Part shown: piece by piece, positions 49,342-62,543 of the stretch
Position numbering within the stretch: the first letter of the stretch is position 1
How the letters are laid out: the number at the start of each line of letters is the position of its first letter
Assembly (NCBI GenBank): GCA_964106915.2
Contig: OZ066926.1
Direction: 5' to 3' (one strand)
DNA: 64,000 nucleotides
From: Podarcis gaigeae
Lineage: Eukaryota
Translations under genes and position numbers: made by a program
Notes under the pieces: generated by a model
Told to the model about the DNA's origin: nothing
Seen by the model: only the letters and a program-made list of their open reading frames with translations
Databases searched by the model: none

Positions 49342-50728
49342 CTGTTATGGAGAGGGCACACACAACCTCACATTTACTACTTGGTAAAGTATGGATGGGT
49401 GCTACAAAATCACACATAGCCAGGAGATGAAAACCAAACTATTGTTTGTGAAGAACAAAACTGCATTATTCATTTATACGTTATTCCACCCTTTTCCAAA
49501 AAGTCCTACTAGTGGCAGTGGAAGGTGAGCAATGGCTCTAACAAAAACAAATAGATACAACAAAAGCACTGTGTGTCAACATTAAAAGATGTAGGAACCA
49601 GTGCTAAACCTTAGGCCAGGGTTTCCCAAATTTGGGTGTTTGGGGACTACAATTCCCAGCAAGCCTGACCATTGGTCCTGCTAGCTAGGGATGATGGGAG
49701 TTGTAGTCCAAAAACAACTAGAGACCCAAGTTTGGGAAATTCCGCTAGGTTGTATTTGCTTTCTTTGGGGCTCAGTTATATGGCCTGCCTAGTTAATACT
49801 TAATCTTCTGGTACTGGGATGAAAATAAGATCTCATTATATACCATCTCATGCTATTTTTTCTAGACATCAGTATAAGTTTAGCAACAGCAGCATAATTA
49901 CTTTGTCTTTTGAAGAGTCAGTTGAAAGTATTATCAATACATAATGCCAAAATTCTCTTTTGCAGATCACTAATCATATCATAAGAGGTTCTTAGAACAG
50001 GAATTGCCTTCATTCCTTTCAGTCCAAGGTTCAGTTTCTCTACTGCACTTCTCTCAATAATATTCTCTCTTAAAAGCAAACTTGAGTAGTGGAACATCTA
50101 TCAGTTAGGAAGCAAAACGGGGCCATCAAAATGGCTTTATATAGATCTCACAAGTGATCATTGGTCCAGCACACAGAGAAGGGCATACCCTAGATTTAGT
50201 CTTTTGCTCGAGGTGGAAAGGGTGGTGGTCTGGAAATAGGAGGGGTAGATTTCCCTCCCATTGTCATGGTCAGACTACTTCCTGTTGAGGTTTGGACTTG
50301 CAGTGACAACTTTCCCCTACAAGGGTGAAATGCCATTTAGGATAGCCTATCCTCAGATGCTGATTGAATCCGATTCCTGACTGTTCTGGGTTTTCTCAGT
50401 AGATAGGGCAGGAAATCCTGCTGAGGCCCTAGTCTATACAAGCAATTAAGAAAACAACTTTCCATAATGGCTAGTTGATGGTCTTTGATTTTAAAATAAG
50501 TGTTTTCATTAAACACAGCTATGGTTGCAAACAGCTTTGATTTTTTATGAGATAGCAGGATGTAAATATTTTTCTAAATAAAATAACTGGGAAAATAAAA
50601 AGGTGTCCTGGAACCAGAGCCATGGGATTCCCTGTTCCAAGAAAGCTTGAGCCTTTAACAGATGTGCTCCAGATAAGGGGTGGAAAAACACTGCACTATT
50701 TTGTTGCAAATCCCCAGTTAATGTGTAC

Positions 50729-50934
50729 CAGGGGTCAGCAACCTTTTTCAGCCGTGTGGGGGGCCAGACTATATTTTTTTGGGGGGGGATGAATTCCTAT
50801 GCCCCACAAATAACCCAGAGATGCATTTTAAATAAAAGCACACATTCTACTCATGTAAAAACACACAGATTCCTGAACCGTCCACGGGCGATTGGGCAGC
50901 ATCCGGCCCACGGGCCTTAGGATGCCTACCTCTG
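50729..50934. mobile_element. hAT non-autonomous element (same family as 27844-28169)
   Basis: CAGGGGTCAGCAACCT..GCCTACCTCTG; TSD ATGTGTAC/CTGTGTAC; one copy of the internal unit. Confidence 0.85.
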
Positions 50935-51239
50935 CTGTGTACTTTACGACCACTCTTCCCTGAAGCCTCAAGATAAAGAACAATGGTGTAACTTCACCAT
51001 AATTTATACTGAAGGCAACATCTAAACCTACCACAAATTCTCTAACAATGTAAAGTATTCCAGTGAGAGAACATAGATTTTCTATAGTCAGATCATATAA
51101 CCTGTCTAATCATGAAAAGCTATATATAGGATCCTGTATTAAAATTACTGATATTTAGCTGAATGTGCACCTAGAGTTTACCAACCTTCTCACATTCTGT
51201 GGGTGAAGGTAATTTATGAAATCCCCACCTATAACTTAC

Positions 51240-51358
51240 CGCATAAAAGCGCATATTATGATTCAATGGTCCAGGGTCATCTTCCTTGGATAGCTCAAAC
51301 TGTGTGATAAGCTCATATAAGGGGACATACGTTGGAGGGGTTTCAAACAATGGAATGC
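51240..51358 (-). CDS. MED1: MED1 exon 13
   Basis: 119 nt, (G)IPLFETPPTYVPLYELITQFEL...NHNMRFYA, GT-AG. Confidence 0.97.
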
Positions 51359-51704
51359 CTGAGAAAAGAAAAAAAACTATAACCACCCACCCAGAGATTT
51401 GTCCTCTCATAAAATGCAAGCATTAGCTGTTACCTACAACTTGTATTTGTACTAGAGGGGATCTCAATAATTTTCACTACAACTTGACATGAGAGATGCT
51501 TGTTGCAGCGTCAAATTTCTATAATCAGTTATCCAGAAACCACTTGTGTTTAATATATTCCAATGTGGATATTGAATGCTAGGAACTGTGAAATTCTTGA
51601 CATGGAGCTAACATGAAAATCAGTGTGATCTTATGGAGCGCTGCACCTGGGAGAGATGGGTTCAAATACCTGAACACTAATAAATTACACTAGTAATCTT
51701 GAAG

Positions 51705-51707
<3 letters not shown>

Positions 51708-51752
<45 letters not shown>
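51708..51752. repeat. (CAG)15 trinucleotide repeat in MED1 intron 12
   Basis: 45 nt uninterrupted. Confidence 0.95.
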
Positions 51753-51754
<2 letters not shown>

Positions 51755-52400
51755 TCTTAAACAAGTATATTAGTGAGATAGCCCTCCCATGATCTGTGTG
51801 AAGATGAATGAGAAAAGTAGTAGCATTAAAGGCAATCTAAAAGGCCTGAGAGTAATCCAACCTCTGTGCCATGGAAGGCCACATACTGGTCCCTCCCCAA
51901 TTAGGCAAATTACATGTTTTTCTGTATCTGCTTGCTCTGCGCCATTTGTTTGACTGAAAAATTAACGTCTCTAAGGATTTGGCTTGGATTTAAACAAACA
52001 CAAAAAACTAGTAACAAAAACAGATTGAGAAGATTGGCTTTTAAGTGGTCAGTAGGGATATGGGGAAAAGGATGAAGACATCCATGTGCTCTCATTAATA
52101 CAAGACTCTGTTTAGCATTACTCTGATTTCTTGCCTTTTCCCAATTGTATCATTTGGGTTAATCAGTTCCATGATTAACATTAGACACTGGGTTTTTTTA
52201 AAAAAGAGGAAGACAGTCTGAAGCTGCAGGTATATGGATCTAGGCTGCAGAAATGCTGAAGAACAGGGGAGCAAATATTCATATCAACCCTAAATTTAAA
52301 ATGCTTTGACTGCTGCCCTCTAGGTGTCAGGTTATGGCACCAAATACATCACTGATGCTAGCAAAACTCTATCAACAGCTTATCTGAAGACATGACTGAC

Positions 52401-52525
52401 CTGTGCAGTTCTGAAGTTTCTGAATGAAAGCCCGAGAAACTGGAATAGGCCTTGGGAACTTCAAGAAGAAGCAAGCTGGCAAATCAACACTATTGGCACT
52501 GGTGATTGAGGAGAAAGAAGGTGTC
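52401..52525 (-). CDS. MED1: MED1 exon 12
   Basis: 125 nt, TPSFSSITSANSVDLPACFFLKFPRPIPVSRAFIQKLQNCT, GT-AG. Confidence 0.97.
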
Positions 52526-52751
52526 CTAAAGAAGATTACAATAGTATTATATCCGGGTTCATGCAAATACTTTTTTTTTTAAACATTAGGAAGGCTGTAA
52601 ATACACTTTTATTCCAACAAGCCTTTGTTCTGAGTAACTAATTTAAGCCGTTAGAAAACTAATATATGCATTGTCCATCTTGGATGATCTTATGGAATCA
52701 TTCTAATTCATTATGGTAAAATAGCACCAACAAATGGTGCCTGTTTCTTAC

Positions 52752-52863
52752 CCTTTGTTGTCCACTGGATGAGATCCCATAATGAGAGGGGCAATTGGAA
52801 GTTTGTTCATTGTTAGTGTTCCCTCAATTGTAACACATATGTTCATACCCAGGTAGCGAGGAA
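52752..52863 (-). CDS. MED1: MED1 exon 11
   Basis: 112 nt, (V)PRYLGMNICVTIEGTLTMNKLPIAPLIMGSHPVDNK(G), GT-AG. Confidence 0.96.
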
Positions 52864-53798
52864 CTGAAAGTGGAGGCAAGTGTTAACTTTTCAAACAGCT
52901 GTATTAAATAAAAATAAAAATCCACTGCACAGCAACGGGTAATAAACTGGATGTTATGCATTGCTTATCAGCATTATGCACTAAAACCCTGAAAAGAATT
53001 GATCTGGAGGGCCATAGGTTTCCTACACCTGCTTTAAGGAATAAGTACTTTAAAAATCGAGGGAGTGCCTATTGTACTCCACTTCTTTAATTTGAAAGAC
53101 CATCAGGTGTGGCGCAATCAGAATAAGAGGGAAGAAGAATGGGTGCAGTGGCAGCAAGTTGGGCCAGCCATGGGGAAAAAAACGCTAATTGGTTCAATTT
53201 GTCACTTGGCTGGTTACTACAGTATTTAGTCTTTGCAACAAGCTGCAAACTTCATGGTTGGGGGTTTAATGCACAAGGTCCACTGCAGGTCCAGTACTGA
53301 CATTTAGGCTAGATAATTTTCAGGATACTCCATCATGCTCACAATCATTAACCAGAAAACCAGAGAGTACAAGCTTATGTTTCCTACTAATAACCATTGT
53401 CTCTTAAAAAAACAAAACACAAACCTACTACTACTACTACTACAGCAATCTGAACTCATTATTTAACTGCCTCACTGTTAATCAAGACATGCACCTGTCA
53501 AGAAACTTGCCTGGAGTCTAGATAAATTAGTAATCCACAGGAATGTTAATAGGACTGCTTGTTGATAAACATCAGACAGTGTTGGAATATAAGAAGCTGT
53601 CAATACTCAACTGACTATATACTATACTATTTCAATATACAAACATTGGGGGGAATATCTATACTTAGGAAAACACAAATAAACCTTATACCAAAATAAA
53701 AGAAATCTGCTGCTTGGGGTTCAAAGAAAACCTTCAATATAATCCAAGGTGTGTTCAGAATGCACATTTGGAAGCAGAAAGCATATCTAGAAACATAC

Positions 53799-53888
53799 CA
53801 TTGTTCTCATTCAGAATAATAGGAGCTCCAGTACCTTCCTCAATCAAATCATAGGGTGAAACATAATACTTCAGATTCATCAGGTGAC
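53799..53888 (-). CDS. MED1: MED1 exon 10
   Basis: 90 nt, (G)HLMNLKYYVSPYDLIEEGTGAPIILNENN, GT-AG. Confidence 0.96.
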
Positions 53889-55020
53889 CTGAAAGAAGAA
53901 AGCTTGTTAATGGGAGAGGGAACACAACGGGTTTGGGAAGGTCAGAAGTGATGCCTATGTGTTGATCTGGACATAAAAAATTATGCCCACCTAGCATTCT
54001 ATGTAATCAGGAAGTCACAGCTCTTAGGACAAAGATCTACAAATTTTAGGATTTGGGGGTTATTTTTTCGTACTACCCACCACCTTCTATTCTCTTTCGC
54101 ATGAAGTTCCATGTATTCCCAAATCTCATTCTCTTATCTGTGAAGCAGAATCCCATCACTATGACTTACAGATCTCACCAGCCCTGATCACTGGCTATGC
54201 TGGTTGGAACTTTTGGGAGTTGTAGACAAAACTCAGGATTGACAAGGCTGCTCTAGCACAGAATAAATTCTGTCCAAACAGCTGGCTTTTTGCTTCGAAT
54301 AGTGTCTTGGTGGGACAATTCAATAAATGTGGGAGACTAAAGGTCATCAACTACATTCCTTTTCCTCTCATGGCACTTAAGATGTGGCTCAGTCTTGAGA
54401 ATATGCCACCTTCATATTATGACCTTCTTACAAGCAATTCAGGGTGGCATATGTAGCATTGTTTTTATTCTTACAACAATCCCATGAGAAAAATGGCCTG
54501 CTTAGTATCTACCAAGCAACTTCATAGTAGAGTAGGGATTCCAACACCCGGAATCAACAGAGAAACCACAGGCGTATACTGGCTATGAGCAAAAAAACCC
54601 CCAACAACCCAGTAATTTATGATGTGACTCATGTATACCTAATTTACCAAACATGTATTCAGAAGCTCTGAAGGTTCTTAGTCCTGCTGATGGCTATATC
54701 TGGGGTTGGGAAAGAATTTTCCTTGAAGTCACTTTGGCTGCAGATTCTGAGAATATTTTGCCTTTCCTGTTAAGAGGTGGATCACTTGCATTTATGGAGC
54801 TCTTTGCTTTGCTAGCTAGCAGTCTTCCAATATGCATCTTTTCTCTGCTTATGGCATACTGGATAGGCTGAGCTCCATAAGGGGCTAATATGTGGGTGGG
54901 TATTTCAACTCTTTAACAAAAAAAATAGCATTGCACCATTTCACAAGTCATCTTTAAAGGGGGAAAATGGGCAGTATTGTAAAATGGACCCCTCTTCTGT
55001 CACAATATACAGTCGCCTAC

Positions 55021-55094
55021 CTCCACTCCTTGGGGTGAGATAGCCAACACTGCCATGCAGAATCTTGTCCAAAGGGCTTGCATTGGTGGCTTGC
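55021..55094 (-). CDS. MED1: MED1 exon 9
   Basis: 74 nt, (W)QATNASPLDKILHGSVGYLTPRSG, GT-AG. Confidence 0.97.
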
Positions 55095-55462
55095 CTACAA
55101 ACAGACAGAATCAAAGACATATGATAAGCTGGTGCAGAATTAAGACCCAAGACTGCCACAGTATAAATCTTTTGGATTGTTATCTTAGACTGAATTTGTA
55201 ACATGCCCAAACTGAAATTTTAGGTTTGCAACACTAAGATTAAAAAGAGGAACCCATTTTTCCTTCTGACACTATTTTTTCCTTTTTACTACCACGATGA
55301 CAGGACAGCTGGTCTTGGATATGGGAGCCTGGAAATCCAGTACCACGTCCTCATTGGACTTTAGCAGTCAATCTTTCAACCACAGTTCCTCAAAGACCAA
55401 AGGTAGTTGTTGGGTTTGTTTGTTTATCTTTCAGTTTTAAGACTCTGGATTCCATAATGCTA

Positions 55463-55784
55463 CCGGTGGAAACTTAAATAGCACCGACCCCTGTCGCTCT
55501 CCAAGCTTCAGGAAGACACCCGCAGCCTAGGCATGTCTGCGAATGTCTGCCCGCCGCCCGGTGCGCAGGGTGCCCTGAAGCAGAGCCCCTCGCGCCGGGC
55601 AGACATCGGCCAGCCCCACAAGCTCGGGGGACAGCGGGAAGGTGCAGCGCCGCCATCCCGCTGTTCCCCGACCTGGTTTTGGGGGAGAAATAAAGGAAAA
55701 AATGTTCCCCGACCTGGTTTTGGGGAGAAATAAAGGAAAAAAACATTTTTTCCTTTATTCCCCCCCAAAAACTAGGTAATACGG
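55463..55784. mobile_element. CpG-rich non-autonomous Tc/mariner-like element
   Basis: TA|CCG...AATACGG|TA ends, high CpG, internal ~41-bp tandem duplication (55662-55743) followed by an inverted partial copy. Confidence 0.55.
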
Positions 55785-56092
55785 TAATATGCAAGCCTCT
55801 TTATTAATAAGCACCTATTTTTATAGACTGCTTTAGGGTACAGTGAGTTTGGCTGTGCATTCATCTTCATGTGAGCCCTTTAAACTTGATCATAATCTGC
55901 CATATTTACAGAGGGTGGAACTGAGGCTAAGATGTTGTGGCTTATCCAGGGAATAGCTAGTGGATCTGTGATTCAAGTAAGATTTGAACTCAGTTCCTTC
56001 CAAGTTCAATGTTCTACTTCCTGAACAGTATTGCTGCTTAGGACATCAACAGGTAAATGCTAGGTTCATTCAGTAAGGCAAACTTCTCTTAC

Positions 56093-56167
56093 CAGTACAT
56101 CCCTGCCATCTTTGAAAGATCAAGCTCCAAGGACTGAAGAGCCAAGTACATTTTCGTTTTCAGTTTG
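56093..56167 (-). CDS. MED1: MED1 exon 8
   Basis: 75 nt, (N)KLKTKMYLALQSLELDLSKMAGMY(W), GT-AG. Confidence 0.97.
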
Positions 56168-56985
56168 CTAAGACGAAAAAATAAAATATTATTTTAAAAT
56201 TGGTACAGAAAAAAGACAAAAAGATGCTTTGACGTGGCAAACCTATACACATTAACCTGGGAGTAGGTCTCTTTGAACTCACTGGGACTTCCTTCCAGTA
56301 CACATGTATAGAACTGCACTGTGAACCATGCAGAATTGCACTGTGAGCCAACCGGAGCACTGTCCAACCAATAGCAGCTTTCCATGGAAGGTCGCTCAAC
56401 TGTTATCATACAAGATCACAGACATGCCAAGGACTTAAGCTTCAGACTTGTTATAGCTTATGTAGTTATTTCAGCTGAACACCAGAATCTGGAAACGACA
56501 GGAAGGGAGACTGCTCTCGCACTCAGGTCCTGCTTGTTGGCTTCCCAAAGGCATCCGGTTGGCCACTGTGAGAACAATATGCTGAACTAGATGGGCCATG
56601 ATTCTTAGCTTTCCTATTAAAAAATCCCTTTTTGACAAAATGAAGACTATATTCTAAAACTGGCCGCTAAAATTTCCAATGCACACAAAGGATCCAACCT
56701 TGGCTGCACAACTCTTTTTAAAAAGATGCAGATTTTAGCCCATTTTGTGTTCTTTCTAGCGTCAGTAATACTGCAGTTCTACCTTAGTTTCCTTTCTTGA
56801 AGTTGGGAGAGATAATCAAGAGCGGTAATGCAGGAAAGGGACGGGGGTGGCACATAAAGTAAGGAGAAAAGGAGCATGTAGATATACAATTGGGCAGGGT
56901 TTCAACCACTATATGCAATGCTCTTACAAATATGTAACTGCAGGTGTTGCCACATCAGAGAAATTATGACTAGTGGAATGCTTAC

Positions 56986-57057
56986 TTGTCACCAGGCAGT
57001 TTATACAGATTGACAAGACCCTTCAGGTGCTTAGAAAATTCTTCAAAATTTCTCTCT
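56986..57057 (-). CDS. MED1: MED1 exon 7
   Basis: 72 nt, (R)ERNFEEFSKHLKGLVNLYKLPGD(N), GT-AG. Confidence 0.96.
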
Positions 57058-58872
57058 CTGGGAAAGAAAAACATATCAATTTTAGAGAATCTGGAAGAAT
57101 CATACATGCCAGAGATATTTATAGTTAGATTTACCTAAGAGAGTTGGCAAAAGGAGTCAATTTCAACATTTTAGCTCCAAAAGCACATCCTACTACAGCA
57201 CTCCTCCAGAAAATTCCAATATGCATGATACAATTCATAGGAAAAATAGATAGGCACCCCCCCCCCCCAATACTGGAGGGTTGCAAGTACTGAAGCTTCC
57301 CTTTCAGTATCCTTACTTTGAAATGTTATGGCCCAAGCTGCTTGCCTATGGTGCTGTGCCCTCTCAAGCTGTATGTAGGCTCTTTTGCTGGCTACTTGTC
57401 CTCCTGGGCCTTCTCAAAACTCTCTGAGAGGACTTTTTCCCTATGTGACTCTCATAGCCCTGAAACCACTATTCTGAAGGAGAATTTCTAAGAGTTCACC
57501 AGTGCAGTGCCTGATGATGTCAATGCGCCTGCCAGTATCTATGGCATCTTCCAAAGGTCTCAGAAAATACCCCTTCAAAAAGTCACAATGCATGAGAGAC
57601 TATTTGCTCTCCCCCCTCTGTTGTTATTTGCACTGGCTTGGCCTCTCCTAGACACGCACCCAGCAGCCATTTTGTGCTATACTATGCCCCTTCGGTAGCC
57701 ATTTTATAACTAACATTCACAGTGCTTTCTTAAAATTCCAAATGTGCTCACTGGCTGAAAAATGTTGGTGAACCCTATGTACAGAGTGATGCCACTCCTA
57801 ATTTCTTATTAAAGTCTCAACCCTGCCTTCTTACTTAGGAGCAAAGGAGTTGGCCTCTCCTCAGTGTATGAGAACAGTCTTCATATAATTCCAAAGAGAA
57901 AGTAAAGACCTTCTGCTGAAATCTATGTTTTTAAAAACCCCAAATGTGCAAGTTACAGTGACTTATCCAATGCATTTCAAAGACCTTCATGGATAAATAG
58001 GGACCTTTCAAACATGAGCTTGAAGCTGTTTTACAATTCTGTTTGGAGGGCAAGACAATCAACTATTTGACAATTTGGTGGTAACAGCAAACTATGGTTT
58101 GTACTAAGGAAGAAGTAACGCAATGCATTGGAGAGCCCACGGGGAAGATGGAGGGCCTTCTCATAAGGCCCATTCATATAACACCAAACCCAACTTGGTG
58201 TTGTTTGAACCAGCTCAGTGAATACAGAATATATATTGGGTCTCTGTTGCACCAGTGTCAACATACTCTTCACATGTTGTGAGAGAGATTTGGGTCAGCT
58301 TGTACAAGGCTCAAGTCATAGCTAATTAGCCACCAAAGGCAGGAGCAACATACTACATCCTAAGGATGGTGCTTTATAACAGGAAAAAGAGAACTGAAAA
58401 GAAACCTGATTATGGTGACCCTAAAAATTCCATATTGTCTGGATATTGGACTATTTTTTAAAGCAAGTAAATAAACATTCTGTTTCATGGTCTGTGATAT
58501 GAGCTATTTATGCTGCTTTTCAAAAGAGCCAGAAACTGAAAACTGGATGAATATCCTCAGTTCATATGCACCCACTGTTCGTTGTTAAATCTAAGCAACA
58601 CTGCTGCCTCACCCAGTTCTTCAATTCTTGTTCATTCTAAAATCTTCACCTCACCCTACACAATTCCTGAAAAGCACTATGGTTGAGAAAAGATCTGTAC
58701 TCTATGTTCTAAAATAGCTAATATGGTGCATGAGTAAGCCACAATAAATCCAGAATGCTGTATATAAATTGTACAAGAGACATTATAGGAAATGGAGAAA
58801 TGGTTGTAGCCATACAGCAGAACCGCACAGGGAGAAGGTATGTAGCCAGTAATGAAAGAGATTAGTACTCAC

Positions 58873-58901
58873 CTTAGATGCTGCACCAGCTCTGGGCAAC
58901 T
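58873..58901 (-). CDS. MED1: MED1 exon 6
   Basis: 29 nt, SCPELVQHL(R), cttctag| ... |gtgagt. Confidence 0.95.
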
Positions 58902-59627
58902 CTAGAAGGGAAAATAAAAATGTGTGCTACAACTTCATTTGAAACTGTTGCAGTTATTCAGCACAATGGTGCTGGCTTAAATTGTACATGACTATAGGGA
59001 ATGTCAGCTTCATGCAAGTACAAAACCCTAAAAACTTTCCTAAACAGTCCTACAGGATGTTTGAACAATGCAGAAGGCAGGTCAGAGGTATCCAGGATGA
59101 TTAGAAATGACTGCAGGCATTTTGAAGGATGAGACTATAAAGTTAAAAAATGATATCAAATCTTTACACTGCTCCGACAAAGAATAAAAACTAAGTTTGG
59201 GGAGATGGCGAGAATTACAAATGGTACTAACTTGGTTAGCAAGCTGTTTGTACCACACTAGTAATAGGGCAAAGGGAGCTTTGACTTCTCTTGCTACTAC
59301 TGAGGGATCCAACATTTTATTAAAGGCTGGGAAATGATAGCCTCGGTTTTGAAAGAGTAGGTAGAATGTGAAAATGTGGCAGCTTGTGACTTTTTTACAA
59401 GGCTAAGAGAACTTAAAGGGAATTGGGCTGAATAGATCACTTCCCTTCTGGAGAAGTGTAAAACTAAATGCAGGAGTAGAGATATATGGATTTTAGGAAG
59501 CTGTTAAGCTCAGGGTTGATACATACAGTAGACTGCCCTGCGCTATCAGAACAGAGTGGGCTGTAAAAACATGTTTCTACAAAAAGTAGAAGGCAGACGT
59601 TTGGTGTGACCTTCATACTCTACGTAC

Positions 59628-59760
59628 CACAGGGTTTTCTCCATGATGGGCCACCTTAACATCGCACAGCTGTCCTGTAGGATCCAAATGGACTTCCACA
59701 TAGAACATATCTGAAGTTATGTAACATTCAGTGCCATTTGCACTAAGATGAGATCCAAGA
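59628..59760 (-). CDS. MED1: MED1 exon 5
   Basis: 133 nt, (G)LGSHLSANGTECYITSDMFYVEVHLDPTGQLCDVKVAHHGENPV; acceptor is the rarer AAG. Confidence 0.96.
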
Positions 59761-60518
59761 CTTACACACAAGGAGAGAAAAGATATTCACACATGAAAAG
59801 CTTGATCAAATACCAATCAATAGCACATCAATTAATCTGTTTGGCTGGAGGCATATATGCTGGTCTCCCTTGAAGGCTCAAAATTGATAATAATGGGCTG
59901 CATACAGGTTAGTCGCACTGAATTTATGCTAAAGCTGCAATCTTAACCTCACTTTCAGGAAGTAAGTCACATTGACATCAATAGTTCTAAACAGCCATAG
60001 ATAGGATTGTACTGTAAGTCTTGATTAACTTGTCCCTTTAATTCCTGTGAGAAATAAGTGCAACAACCAATCTTGATTCTAGTCCAATGTGTAGGGTACA
60101 TACCTCTTACATTTCTCTTTCTACATAACCACCATGTGATTGCTATTTGGCAACATTCCTTTTTTTAAAAAAAATTATTTCAAAACCAAAAAATGGCAAC
60201 ATTCCTTTCCACCCATCCAGGGCAGAGATGGAACTAAACTAAAATCTAAGTCTAATTAAATCAAATATTTGATTTGCTGGACCTCACTGTAACAAAAACT
60301 TTGGCTTCTACATTCTTAAGCGTGTAGCATAAACAATGAATAAAAATAATACAAAAAATGTGATTGGTTGTAGTCTCAATTAGCTCTTAAACATAAGATA
60401 CATGAAAAGTATTAATCTTAGTGGTGGGGAACCTATGGCCCTCCAGATATTGCTGGACTAAAATTCCAAACAGTCCCAGCCAGTTGGCCAATCGTCAGGG
60501 ATAATGGGAGTTACTCAC

Positions 60519-60573
60519 CCATTTTGTCTTGCAATAGACTCTAAGCGATCTGTCATGGCAGGTAGTGATGTCA
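60519..60573 (-). CDS. MED1: MED1 exon 4
   Basis: 55 nt, (V)TSLPAMTDRLESIARQN(G), GT-AG. Confidence 0.96.
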
Positions 60574-61643
60574 CTAGGAGGAAGATGAGCTTGTTTAAAG
60601 CCAAGTACATAAGCAAATTTATTCAAGTCCCAATAGGTGATAGCCAACCAAGCCATACTCAGACCCACTGAAATCAATGGACAGTTAATCTGAACTGAAG
60701 GGGGGAGGAAGACATAGAGGTTTATCTTTCCATCTGCTGGGCAGCTGGAGCTTTAACTGCCTGAGAAAGCCAGCTCACCTTCACAGTCCCTTATTAACTA
60801 TGAGGTAGATGCAATGGCCAAGGCACTTCTATTTGTCACTGAACTTGTGTCACATTCCAAAGATGCAGCCCAAAGACAAGACCCTGCCTCTTGGTCAGCA
60901 ATCCTACAATTGTAATCACTTACTCCACAACTTGTGGAAATAAGAGTAAAAAATTGATCCTGAACTGCCCTCAGACGTGTACATAAGAGGCAACTTCTGT
61001 GTCTGTACTAATTTAATTAGTTACTTGATTAATTATACTTGATATCAGAAAGTGACAGAATTGCCACCTCACAGCAGTGGCTGTTTTAAAAGGTGGATAA
61101 CCAGGAAACTGAACTATGCAGAGATTCAACACACAGTCATCTGAGTGGGAACTTCGTGCTCACAGGAGCTTTTCGCTTACCCAGTTTTCCCATTGAAAAA
61201 AAATGAGAATTACTATGGTACAGGCTGCAAGTTTTGGTAACTGGCTGAAACAGGAACATAAACTATCTTTCTTCTTTAACCAGACACCAAGTGGTTAGCA
61301 GTGTGTGATATAACATGTGACTATACAAACAGTAGTAATTGATTCAATGAGTCTATTGAACATGAGCATTATACATGCCCAGTATGTAGCTTACCCATTA
61401 CAGCAACACAGAGCCCAAGAATGCAGTTATAAACATACAAGGCCATAAGTTCCACTAAATACAGTAGGACTTCTGAATAATCATGCAAAGGGCTGTCCAA
61501 TAACCTTGAGGGTATCATAGTAATTCTTTGCGCCCATCTAGTACAAACCATATAAACACCTTTATTATCCTAACGTCAATCCCTCCTAGTCTTTTTTATT
61601 TTAACCACAAACACTTATTTATGTTTCAGAAGCATCTACCAAC

Positions 61644-61722
61644 CTTTTAATGCCTTCTGCAAAGTTTCTAAGCAGCTGACAAGATTCTGGTGACCAACAG
61701 AGTTCATTACAACTCGCTTTTC
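61644..61722 (-). CDS. MED1: MED1 exon 3
   Basis: 79 nt, EKRVVMNSVGHQNLVSCLETLQKALK, GT-AG. Confidence 0.96.
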
Positions 61723-62433
61723 CTATGTTCAAAGGTGATGAAGAGAAAAAAATAGAGAAAGTGTTCATGCACATTCAGCAATACTGTGAAAGGAAAGCTA
61801 TAACTAAAACATTGGAGCTTTCAACTGCATTCCTGAAGGCTTCCACTTTGTTTGTTCTGGAAAATCAGTTCCTATGGGTGCTGTAAATAAAAAAACCCCT
61901 CCACAGATGCTGGCCTTGTGCATTATAAAGCTAGACCATTGTATGAGTCACACCAACTCAAACCAATTACAGCTCAGAATTGTTCTACTAAATAATAGCA
62001 AATAAAAATGATTATTCAAAAACTAGATCTTTTAACTAAAACTTTCTGTGTTCTAAGAGTTACTAGGTTTTTGATAAAAGAATCAGCAATGACAGTTTCT
62101 TTGCAATTGTGGCCCATCACTGCCAATCTTCCCATATAGTGCATAGTTGCAGAGGAATGCTAGGCACCTTCATCTAGGGAGTATTCACAATTGATATGGA
62201 ACAGCAGCAAAGACAGTGCTACCAGAATGGAGAGCATGTCATAGAATTCAATTCAGAATCTTCTGTATCTGCAGGGATTCTGTGAAAGATGCACACATTC
62301 TGTGGAAGATCTCCTGGCAATTTACTGTTGACAGTGTCCTCTCTAAGTAGACAATCTTGACAATCACTGTTTTATGAAAATGTGCAAGGAGATTTTATCA
62401 AGTACTCCCATCTAAAATAAGCTAAACCCTTAC

Positions 62434-62543
62434 CATAACTTGCCGGACAAGCTTCATGGTTTCTGTCCAAGGTCTACTGTTAGGGTTAAACTTGACATGA
62501 AGCCTTTCTAGAAGGGAACTCATCTTATTCAGTTTCTCCGTTT
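62434..62543 (-). CDS. MED1: MED1 exon 2 (exon 1 lies outside window)
   Basis: 110 nt, (E)TEKLNKMSSLLERLHVKFNPNSRPWTETMKLVRQVM, GT-AG. Exons 2-17 sum to 4751 nt, consistent with a phase-1 start. Confidence 0.96.
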
